The notes under the pieces were generated by a model that ran no database searches, was not told the DNA's origin, and was given only the letters and a program-made list of their open reading frames with translations. Both the position numbers and the translations under genes were made by a program. 39,640 nucleotides of DNA, from the NCBI GenBank assembly GCA_016181055.1, contig JACOZZ010000028.1:1-39640 (forward strand), written 5' to 3'. Positions 32,456 through 39,640 of this stretch are shown one piece after another. How positions within the stretch are numbered: the stretch's first letter is position 1; each line of letters begins with the position of its first letter. Source of the stretch: Candidatus Yanofskybacteria bacterium (GTDB taxonomy: Bacteria; Patescibacteriota; Minisyncoccia; 2-02-FULL-40-12; IGHO2-01-FULL-4-A).

Positions 32456-32918
32456 ATAGCAACTTATTCAATTCCTTATCAAGCGCCGCGTTTACTAATC
32501 TGTCTGCGCCATGATTGTCCTCGCGAGGAATATGCTTATAAACCACATCGGCGAAATCTACTTTCAGATTCCAAAGCTCCACAAAATGCTTCTGTATATT
32601 TTTGTCCATGATTTTATAATGGCCGTTGAGTTGGCGCTCAAGAAGCTCGCTGTCAACATGAACTTCAACTATCGCTTCGCCGATCGTTTTCTTGCCGATT
32701 AAAAGTTTTAATTTTTTTAAAGCAAAAACTACGGCTTGGTACTCAGCGTCGTTGTTGGTAGTCTCACCGATGTATTCTCCGTATTCTTTCTTCCATTCAA
32801 GAACCGGCGACTTGCCCTGAACCTGCTGAAGTGCTTCAATCACTACGCCAATAGCCGACGGCCCCGGATTGCCGCGAGAACCGCCATCGGTATGAATAAT
32901 GTATTTATTTTTATCCAT
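32454..32918 (-). CDS. rnhA: Ribonuclease HI family protein
   Basis: IHTDGGSRGNPGPSAIGVVI (first catalytic Asp), NNDAEYQAV (Glu) and HIPREDNHGADRL (Asp) motifs. Confidence 0.8.
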   Translation of the reverse strand: MDKNKYIIHTDGGSRGNPGPSAIGVVIEALQQVQGKSPVLEWKKEYGEYIGETTNNDAEYQAVVFALKKLKLLIGKKTIGEAIVEVHVDSELLERQLNGHYKIMDKNIQKHFVELWNLKVDFADVVYKHIPREDNHGADRLVNAALDKELNKLL

Positions 32919-33801
32919 TTTTGTTTTGCTGAATCGGCCGCCAAGGAATATTCCTCAACGACGGTAAGCGAAATGCCGCCGAATCTTTATGTCCTCCGCC
33001 GCCATGTTTCTTGGCGATCAAAGAAAGATCTACCTTGCCAACGCCGCGCAGTGAAACCGATATTCGGCCGTCTTTATTTTCATTCCAAACGATAGCGAAT
33101 GGCGGAAGTAATCTCGCTAATTTTGCGCCGATTTCACTGATAAAAAAAGTTTCGTTAATAGCATAAACTTTATAGCCCTCAAATTCAACCAGTTTCGCGT
33201 TTTTATTGACATGACGCTCGACTACCTTCTCTTGGTATTTAAGAAGTATGTTGCCGCTATTTAATATTTTTTTTCTTTTTAATGGAATTTCAAAATCACG
33301 GATAAGCCGCGACCAAGTTTTAAAATTAAAATCAAGCAAATCTAAATAGGCATAGAGCACCTGGCTGTCGGGAAGTTTTTTGCGCCATAGATCCCAGTCT
33401 TCAACATTCAGTAAAAATTTAGGGGGCGCTTCTTTGGGGAAAAAATTCTTCCAAGCCAGCGTACTACCGGAATGATCAAGAGCAAAAACAGGATTGTCGG
33501 TCATAAGAGCTACCAGTTTCGTACTTATATGATGATCTATGGCCGTAACACTGATATTATCCCGCATAAGTCTCTTCGTAATTTTTTCAGGAAAAGTCAG
33601 GTCAAGAGTATAGATATGCTTGCCCCTGATTGCTGCCGGCTCATCCTCGTGGAAATGAGCGATAAATTCAGCACTATTGCCGAATTTTTTCCAGGCAACC
33701 CAGGCAGCAGTAAAACCGTCCGTGCAATCGGCATGATAAAAAACCACGATAGATTTTTTAGGGATTCTTGGTTTTTTTCTGTGTTCTAAGAATTTAGTCA
33801 T
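32911..33801 (-). CDS. DHH/DHHA1 family phosphoesterase (NrnA-like)
   Basis: HADCTDGFTAAW, AIDHHIS (DHH) and KKHGGGGHKDSAAF (the GGGH of DHHA1). It overlaps rnhA by 8 nt. Confidence 0.75.
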   Translation of the reverse strand: MTKFLEHRKKPRIPKKSIVVFYHADCTDGFTAAWVAWKKFGNSAEFIAHFHEDEPAAIRGKHIYTLDLTFPEKITKRLMRDNISVTAIDHHISTKLVALMTDNPVFALDHSGSTLAWKNFFPKEAPPKFLLNVEDWDLWRKKLPDSQVLYAYLDLLDFNFKTWSRLIRDFEIPLKRKKILNSGNILLKYQEKVVERHVNKNAKLVEFEGYKVYAINETFFISEIGAKLARLLPPFAIVWNENKDGRISVSLRGVGKVDLSLIAKKHGGGGHKDSAAFRLPSLRNIPWRPIQQNKNG

Positions 33802-33809
33802 CTTGTTAT

Positions 33810-34949
33810 TTAACCATAGTAACCGAGAGCTTCAAGTCCGGGCAATTTATTTCCTGCTAAAAATTCAAGCATCGCACCGCCCCCAGTAGAAACAAACTTG
33901 TAGCTGTCCAATAAGCCCAGCTTGTCAATCGCGGCAATGGTGTCTCCACCACCGACAATGGACCGTCCTACTGAAACTACGGCTTTGGCAATCAAGCGAG
34001 TTCCCTCTGCAAAAGTATCTATCTCGCTCAAACCCATCGGGCCGTTCCAAATGACCGTTTTCGCCTCTCTTATTATCTCTGCAAAATGTTTCGCCGTTTC
34101 CTGCCCTATATCAAGGATTAGTTGATTGGAAACAATGTCTTTTACCGGATACAGCTCCGCACCTGATTGGCCCGTCCTATCATCGGATATCATTAAATCT
34201 TCAGGCAGTATTAACTTATCGCTTTTGATATCAAGTATGGTTTCGCTATCAATCAGAGACGCACCGACATTTATTCCCTGCGCCTTGAAAAAGTTATTAG
34301 CAATCGCCCCGCCGATAAGAATTTTTTCCGCCTTATCCAAGAAATTTTTAATAACCGGGAGTTTGGTTGATATCTTGGCGCCGCCAAGCACCAGTATTTT
34401 ATCCCCAGCCGGAGCTTCTAGCGCCTGCAGTAAATTTTCTGTTTCTTTTTTTATTAAAAACCCGGCATACGACGGCAAATACTTTGTTATTGCCACAACA
34501 GATGCGTGATTGCGATGCATAACTGCGAAAGCGTCATTTACATAATAATCAAAACCTTCCGCCAATTCCCTGGCAAACCCCTCATCATTGTTAACTTCCC
34601 GGGAATCCTGGCGAATATTATCCAAAAGTAAAAGTGGGCTGGCTTTAAAAAGTTTATTTACTTCGTTCAATTCAGAATGAGGCACCAGCGTAAGCGTCTG
34701 CCCCAAAATCTCACCTAACTCTTCAATGATAGGATAGAAACTCGCATCCGAAACTTCGTGGCCTAAATGGCCGACCATTAAAACTCTGGCGCCGGCGCCA
34801 ATCAGATGGTCAATCGTTTCCTTCTGGGCTTTTATTCTAAAATCCTCAGTAATTTTGCCAGCGATAATCGGCACATCAAAATCCACGCGCAAAAGGATTT
34901 TTTTGCCATCAAGCTCTTCTTTTTTGGGTTCGTTAATATATTTGATCAT
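33810..34949 (-). CDS. pgk: Phosphoglycerate kinase
   Basis: RVDFDVP, MVGHLG, LDNIR, VLGGAKISTK and STGGGAMLEFL motifs. Confidence 0.92.
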   Translation of the reverse strand: MIKYINEPKKEELDGKKILLRVDFDVPIIAGKITEDFRIKAQKETIDHLIGAGARVLMVGHLGHEVSDASFYPIIEELGEILGQTLTLVPHSELNEVNKLFKASPLLLLDNIRQDSREVNNDEGFARELAEGFDYYVNDAFAVMHRNHASVVAITKYLPSYAGFLIKKETENLLQALEAPAGDKILVLGGAKISTKLPVIKNFLDKAEKILIGGAIANNFFKAQGINVGASLIDSETILDIKSDKLILPEDLMISDDRTGQSGAELYPVKDIVSNQLILDIGQETAKHFAEIIREAKTVIWNGPMGLSEIDTFAEGTRLIAKAVVSVGRSIVGGGDTIAAIDKLGLLDSYKFVSTGGGAMLEFLAGNKLPGLEALGYYG

Positions 34950-35710
34950 AAGTTAGAAACGATTTTTAAAATTTTCCCAAATTCATCTTTGCGCAAGCTA
35001 GCGCCGCCGATAACGGCACCGGAAATTTTGGGGTGTTGGAGGAAGTCGGCAACATTGTTGGCATTGACAGAGCCACCATAGAGATAGGCTTCAGGTGTTA
35101 GGTTGCGGGTGTTAGTCAGAAAATTATCAATTATTCTCATGGCTTCCAGAGAACTCTCGGGAGTGTCGGGTTGGGCGCCGAGAACAGTGCTTATCGCCCA
35201 GACAGGTTCATAGGCAATTAAAACTTTTGAAATTTGCTCCGCAGTTAAACCGGCTAAATCGGCATCAAGCTGTGCTTCAAGGATTTGCTTACGGTCGTCG
35301 CCGTGATTTTGCTCCCCCACCAAAAGCACGGGTACAATGCCGGCTTCAAACGCCGCTTTTATTTTTTTATTTATGACCTCGTCGGTTTCGCCGATTTTGT
35401 ACCGCCTGTCGGAATGGCCGATCAGCGCATGGGTTACGCTGAAGTTTTTGAGCATGTCAGTAGAAGTCTCACCGGTGTAGGGACCTGATTTCTCCCAAAA
35501 AATGTCCTGGGCACCCAATGAAATAGCTTCTGACTTCTGGTTTCTGGCTTTTAGTTTTTTTGATAATTCCTCTAAAAAAACAAACGGAGGGCAGATAATG
35601 AGCTGGATATTCTGATATTTGGATATCTCGGCTAAATAAAAATCAAAAAGCTCCATGGCTTCATCAAGGGTCGTAGGGTTAGCCTTCCAGTTGGCAATTA
35701 TTATATTCAT
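34946..35710 (-). CDS. tpiA: Triose-phosphate isomerase
   Basis: IIANWKAN, LIGHSDRR, IAYEPVWAI and YGGSV motifs. A 4-nt overlap with pgk. Confidence 0.9.
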   Translation of the reverse strand: MNIIIANWKANPTTLDEAMELFDFYLAEISKYQNIQLIICPPFVFLEELSKKLKARNQKSEAISLGAQDIFWEKSGPYTGETSTDMLKNFSVTHALIGHSDRRYKIGETDEVINKKIKAAFEAGIVPVLLVGEQNHGDDRKQILEAQLDADLAGLTAEQISKVLIAYEPVWAISTVLGAQPDTPESSLEAMRIIDNFLTNTRNLTPEAYLYGGSVNANNVADFLQHPKISGAVIGGASLRKDEFGKILKIVSNL

Positions 35711-35722
35711 ATTTAACCTTAC

Positions 35723-36349
35723 CTAACTACCAGGTTTGCGGCCATCTCTGCGCAAGTGTTTCCGAACAAAAACAACTGCCGCAATTAAAATTAAAATAAC
35801 AATAACCAGGTCAAATTTATGAAAATAGGGCCTCAATATATTCCAATTTTCTCCCATAATTAAGCCGATATAAGCCAGCGACAAATTCCAGATGAAAGAC
35901 CCGGATAGAGTGTATCCAAAAAAACTATTAAAGTTCAACCGTCCGACACCCAGGACCACCGAACTGAAAGTTCTAACGCCGGGCAATAGGCGCGACACAA
36001 ACGCCAGTTTCGCGCCGTATTTCCCTAGCCAGCGATCTAGCCTTGCTATATCGCCACGATGGATCAAGACGTACTTGCCGTACCTCTCAAGAACCGGCTG
36101 GCCGCCAAAAAATCCTATCCAATATAAGATTATGGAACCGGCTAGATTCGCCAAAGTTGCGACAAGCACAACCAGCCAAAAATTCAACTGGCCGGACGAA
36201 GCCAAAAAACCGCCGAAAGGCAGAACAACTTCTGAAGGAATGGGAATAGCGGCACTTTCCAGCATCATTGTAAAAAATATTCCGGCGTAACCGAATTTGC
36301 CGACTAAGCCCAATGCCCAAATTATTATTTGTTCAATGAAATTAAACAA
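35723..36349 (-). CDS. DedA/SNARE-associated (VTT) family membrane protein
   Basis: YAGIFFTMMLESAAIPIPSEVVLPFGGFL and RLLPGVRTFSSVVLGV, typical DedA blocks. Confidence 0.8.
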   Translation of the reverse strand: MFNFIEQIIIWALGLVGKFGYAGIFFTMMLESAAIPIPSEVVLPFGGFLASSGQLNFWLVVLVATLANLAGSIILYWIGFFGGQPVLERYGKYVLIHRGDIARLDRWLGKYGAKLAFVSRLLPGVRTFSSVVLGVGRLNFNSFFGYTLSGSFIWNLSLAYIGLIMGENWNILRPYFHKFDLVIVILILIAAVVFVRKHLRRDGRKPGS

Positions 36350-37354
36350 TTATACTGGAGTTTCTCTGAATAACCTCGCCGAATCGTCTGGGTCTGTTAT
36401 GTTAACATCAATACCGCTGCCCAATTCAAAGGCCCCAAATGTGGAAACCTTGGGCAGAACTTCAATATGCCAGGTGTAAAATTCGTGGGCATCAATGGAC
36501 GAACCCTCAAGCGGAGCGGTATGTATAAAGAAGTTATAATCAGGATTTTCAAGGGCCGATTGTATTTTTCTAAGAACCAGCAGCAAAATTTCACCGAGAT
36601 ACGGCAATTGCTCCTCCGGCATTTTTTCAAAATGGGCATGGCTTTCCTGGGGGAAAATCCTAATTTCATGAGGAGTTTTGGAAACAAAGGGACAGAAAGC
36701 GATAAAATACTTGTTCTCATAAACAATCCTTTTTTTCTCGCTCCGCTCCCAATCTATCATCACGTCATATATTCTCTTATTATGCTCGCGATAAAATTTT
36801 TCAGAACCATGAATACTTCTTTTTACATCGGGCGGCAAAACCGGAATAGACATGATCTGAGAGTGCGGGTGGGGCACGCTGGCTCCGGCACGAATACCAT
36901 GATTGTGAAAAATTAAGGCATATTTTCCATGCGTACCGCCATCCATCATAGTACGATATCTTTCCTGATAAACTCTTAACGTTTCCACCAGCTCTTCTTT
37001 TGAAAATTCATGCAAAAACCTGTCGTGTTCTCTAAATATGACGACTTCGTGTATGCCCTTGGCATTTTGAACATTGAACGGTCCGGTTTTTCGCGGCAAG
37101 CCGATGTCGCCCTCCAAAACCGCCGGATATTTATTCTTTACTACCTTAATAGCCCAATCACTCTGCTCTTTATTTAAATATTCGGCCACCACAACATTAC
37201 CGTATTTTTCGGGGTTCTCAAATGGACATTTGCTTTTTGGCGTCGTTTTTACCTTTGCCTTTTTTAACTTCGCCAGTTCTGGCCTCTGGGCACGACCAGT
37301 CGCGAACAAAACCCACTCGCCTGAAACTAAATCTTCACGAAATTCGTTCAACAC
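36350..37354 (-). CDS. galT: Galactose-1-phosphate uridylyltransferase family (HIT-like nucleotidyltransferase)
   Basis: The N-terminus is REDLVSGEWVLFATGRAQRP and the active site is GASVPHPHSQI (H-x-H-x-Q). The CPFE position lacks the second Cys of the usual CPFC. Confidence 0.75.
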   Translation of the reverse strand: MLNEFREDLVSGEWVLFATGRAQRPELAKLKKAKVKTTPKSKCPFENPEKYGNVVVAEYLNKEQSDWAIKVVKNKYPAVLEGDIGLPRKTGPFNVQNAKGIHEVVIFREHDRFLHEFSKEELVETLRVYQERYRTMMDGGTHGKYALIFHNHGIRAGASVPHPHSQIMSIPVLPPDVKRSIHGSEKFYREHNKRIYDVMIDWERSEKKRIVYENKYFIAFCPFVSKTPHEIRIFPQESHAHFEKMPEEQLPYLGEILLLVLRKIQSALENPDYNFFIHTAPLEGSSIDAHEFYTWHIEVLPKVSTFGAFELGSGIDVNITDPDDSARLFRETPV

Positions 37355-37355
37355 G

Positions 37356-37433
37356 TTAGAAAGTAGAAAATAGAAAGTAGAAAATAGAATTTTAGTTTAA
37401 TTCTAGATTCTATTTTCTAGATTCTAGATTCTG
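37356..37433. repeat. TAGAA/ATTCTAG heptamer palindromic repeat element (family copy D, most complete)
   Basis: Arm 1 is GAAAGTAGAAAATAGAAAGTAGAAAATAGAAT (37360-37390) and the loop is TTTAGTTTA. The core ATTCTAGATTCTATTTTCTAGATTCTA lies at 37400-37426. TAGAAAATAGAAT pairs with ATTCTATTTTCTA (13 bp). The 3' end supplies ...KYRI-TAG of the GT2 gene. Confidence 0.85.
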
Positions 37434-38143
37434 TATTTATTGGCCCACAAATTCCATCTAACCTGCAAAACCTCAAACAGCATTTTAATCATTCCGCTTA
37501 ATTTGACCTTACTTTCCGTATCATTTACCCATCGTATCGGCGCTTCTTTTATTTTAAAACCCAGTTTGCGGGCAATCGCCAGAATCTCCACGTCAAACGC
37601 CCAGCGGAATATTGTCTGCTTGGCAAAAACCGCCTCGGTTGCCTTGCGTGTAAACGCCTTGAATCCCGCCTGCGAGTCTTTGACTCTCAGCGGTACTAAA
37701 GTATGCACTATGAAGCGAAAAGCGCCACCCAAAAAATCTCTAGTCCAAGGCTGCTTAACCGCTATATCTGCTCCAACGGTTCTTCTTGAACCGATAACAA
37801 TATCATAGCCCTGCGAAAAAAATGGCAAAAATCCTTCAACTTGGTCTATGGTTGTGGAATTATCAGCATCCATAAACAACCTGTAATCACCCTGGGCTTC
37901 CAGCATCCCTCGTTGCACCGCCCATCCCTTGCCATGATTTTGCTTATTATCAATTATTTTTAGATTTTTGACTTGCGACGAGAGACTGGAAACTAAATCT
38001 ACCGTCTTATCTTTTGACCCGTCACTTACAACCAGAACCTCATAATCATAATTCTGCCGCGACAAATACGCATGCACGCTCAAAAGCGTCTTTTCAATAC
38101 GCTTTTCCTCATTATAGGCCGGGATGATAATAGATAAATACAT
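37424..38143 (-). CDS. Glycosyltransferase family 2 (dolichyl/polyprenyl-phosphate hexosyltransferase-like)
   Basis: LSIIIPAYNEEKRI, VVSDGSKDKT and FMDADNS (the DxD-type motif). Confidence 0.8.
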   Translation of the reverse strand: MYLSIIIPAYNEEKRIEKTLLSVHAYLSRQNYDYEVLVVSDGSKDKTVDLVSSLSSQVKNLKIIDNKQNHGKGWAVQRGMLEAQGDYRLFMDADNSTTIDQVEGFLPFFSQGYDIVIGSRRTVGADIAVKQPWTRDFLGGAFRFIVHTLVPLRVKDSQAGFKAFTRKATEAVFAKQTIFRWAFDVEILAIARKLGFKIKEAPIRWVNDTESKVKLSGMIKMLFEVLQVRWNLWANKYRI

Positions 38144-38161
38144 ATAACAATTATAACAGAA

Positions 38162-38938
38162 TCAAAGAGTAGTTAAAATTTGCGGCCCGTTTTTAGTAAT
38201 AGCCACCGTATGTTCAAAATGAGCCGCGGGAGAACCATCCGCAGTATTGTATGAGAAACCGTCTTTACCTTTAACTAAGCGCCAATTGCCGGCGACGACC
38301 ATCGGTTCAATAGCAATTACCATTCCTTCGACAAGCTCAGGACCAGCGTTAGCCGGACCATAGTTCGGTATCTGCGGCTCCTCGTGCAATTTACGGCCGA
38401 TGCCGTGACCGACTAAATCTCGGACGACATTGAAACCATTTCTTTCAACGACGGTTTGTATAGCATGGCCTATTTTACCTACACGATTGCCAACTTTAGC
38501 TTGCTTGGTTCCGGCATTTATAGCTTCCCTAGTCACCTCTAGCAACTTGCTCAGTTTTGGATAGGATGCCACCCATTGCATATGGTTTTGACCCGGCGCA
38601 AGCACGGGCACCGTTACCGCAGCGTCGGCGTTAAATCCTTGATAAATTATCCCCATATCCAAACTGATAATTTCTCCTTCTTTTAATTGGTGTTCTGAAG
38701 GTACGCAATGCACCACCTCATCGTTAACCGATGTACAAACCACAGCCGGATAACCACCGTAATCTAAAAAGGCGGGTTTAACTTTATAAAATAAAACAAG
38801 CTCGCGCGCGAGCCTATCAAGGTTTTGGGTGGTAATACCCGGCTTCACCGCTTCCGACAGTTTTTTCAAAATCTCGGCCAGAATTTTACCGCCATCTTTC
38901 ATAATATCTATCTCCTGTTGTGTTTTAATATGGATCAT
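38162..38938 (-). CDS. map: Type I methionine aminopeptidase
   Basis: VVHCVP, ISLDMG, DAAVT, GHGIG, IAIEPM and FEHTV metal-ligand blocks. Confidence 0.92.
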   Translation of the reverse strand: MIHIKTQQEIDIMKDGGKILAEILKKLSEAVKPGITTQNLDRLARELVLFYKVKPAFLDYGGYPAVVCTSVNDEVVHCVPSEHQLKEGEIISLDMGIIYQGFNADAAVTVPVLAPGQNHMQWVASYPKLSKLLEVTREAINAGTKQAKVGNRVGKIGHAIQTVVERNGFNVVRDLVGHGIGRKLHEEPQIPNYGPANAGPELVEGMVIAIEPMVVAGNWRLVKGKDGFSYNTADGSPAAHFEHTVAITKNGPQILTTL

Positions 38939-38998
38939 CTTAGCAAACCGGCCAGAGAATAAAGACCAGCTATAAAATTAAGAGCTCAAAATTTAAAT

Positions 38999-39640
38999 TT
39001 AGGTAATATGCTTAAGTATATCTTCCTGCGCTCTCCCGATCGGCTGTTCGCCATTTATAGTAATGACATTGAAATCACACAGCCTCAAATAATCAAGGAC
39101 GGGTTTTGTTTCAGACATATAAATCTGGTATCTTTCTTTCAAAAGTTCCGGCTTGTCCAGTTTTCTCTTGATAATCGGCGAACCATCCTCAGGACACGTG
39201 GTAAGATGCGCATAATTTGGAAAGTTAGGAATTGGATGCCTATTAAGCTGGCAAATCCTGCGGCTGGAATTACGCTTAATCGATTCTTTTTCACTAAGCG
39301 TAATGTTAAAAATTTTAATGTTTTCCCGGCCATATAATTTTTCTAATTCCGGCATTTCATTTTTCGCTTCATACAAAGTGCGTGGAGAACCGCTGAAAAC
39401 CACGCCGGATCCAGCCGCAGCTAATTCCCTTATCTTTTCCATGATCAGTTTAACGGTCCAGGGGGGCGGAAAGAGCTCGCCAGAGTCATATTTTTTTTTG
39501 GCTTCGGCGACTTCGGGATCATTTTTAACAAGTTCTGGGTCATTGATCTTAGCCTCTCCCAATTTGGATGTTTCAATGTGTTTAAATCCAAACCTTTTGG
39601 CGATCAACTCCGCCTGCGTTCCCTTGCCCGCCCCCGGCGG
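38999..39640 (-). CDS. adk: Adenylate kinase (5' end beyond the window)
   Basis: Translation to the window edge gives PPGAGKGTQAELIAKRFGFKHI (P-loop). The LID region is RRICQLNRHP...CPEDGSPIIKRKLD. The ORF-track start at 39607 is an internal TTG. Confidence 0.88.
   Translation of the reverse strand, partial: PPGAGKGTQAELIAKRFGFKHIETSKLGEAKINDPELVKNDPEVAEAKKKYDSGELFPPPWTVKLIMEKIRELAAAGSGVVFSGSPRTLYEAKNEMPELEKLYGRENIKIFNITLSEKESIKRNSSRRICQLNRHPIPNFPNYAHLTTCPEDGSPIIKRKLDKPELLKERYQIYMSETKPVLDYLRLCDFNVITINGEQPIGRAQEDILKHIT

Noticed and set aside
5137-37433. The TAGAA/ATTCTAG repeats as a CRISPR array or tandem satellite
   Set aside because: The copies are single, dispersed 8-15 kb apart, internally palindromic and built of heptamers. 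There are no regularly spaced unique spacers and no cas genes in the window.
1-39640. Alternative genetic code with UGA as a sense codon (code 4 or 25), as in some CPR lineages
   Set aside because: prfB is present with a UGA-dependent frameshift site. Long ORFs are intact under the standard code, and several genes (for example 4245-5129 and 29432-30010) end in TGA. Only one in-frame TGA was found, at 2920.

Overview
This 39.6-kb chromosomal segment carries about 45 protein genes, 3 tRNAs and an RNase P RNA. All calls rest on motif recognition by eye, with no searches or computations run.

Gene content suggests a Patescibacteria/CPR (Parcubacteria-like) bacterium. This is an inference from a large DUF4012 protein, a PaaX-like regulator, a GIY-YIG ORF next to a tRNA, short housekeeping proteins and very limited metabolism.

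Nearly everything is on the minus strand:
- Housekeeping: obg, a DEAD-box helicase, ftsE/ftsX, prfB (with its classic +1 frameshift), lepA, rnhA, a DHH phosphoesterase, pgk, tpiA, galT, map and adk (which runs off the right edge).
- A glycoside-utilisation cluster: GH1 beta-glucosidase, a clan GH-A hydrolase and two DMT/EamA transporters, one interrupted by an in-frame TGA.
- A cell-envelope glycan locus: DUF4012, GT4, an EF-hand protein, a polyprenyl-phosphate sugar transferase and GT2.

The one plus-strand operon (17.0-21.6 kb) sits between tRNA-Thr and tRNA-Gly and is divergent from a canonical thiolase. It encodes a thiolase-fold protein that appears to lack the nucleophilic Cys. Its stop lies one base before the start of a DUF35 (Zn-ribbon/OB)-SCP2 fusion, and a small basic ORF and an AMP-forming acyl-CoA (ACS/AACS-like) ligase follow. 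This is the most unusual system in the window.

Other unexplained structure:
- A dispersed 27-nt-core TAGAA/ATTCTAG heptamer palindromic repeat family (4 copies), three of which supply gene stop codons.
- A split duplicate of the tRNA-Gln 5' end upstream of the GIY-YIG ORF.
- A roughly 200-nt multi-hairpin GC-rich spacer between the helicase and obg.
- A 15-bp GC hairpin with a cUUCGg loop upstream of the DUF4012 gene.
- Phased DnaA-box-like 9-mers and a perfect 44-bp palindrome at the left edge.
- Apparently inactivated enzyme paralogues: an HtrA-like pseudoprotease and a CPBP with EE changed to QQ.
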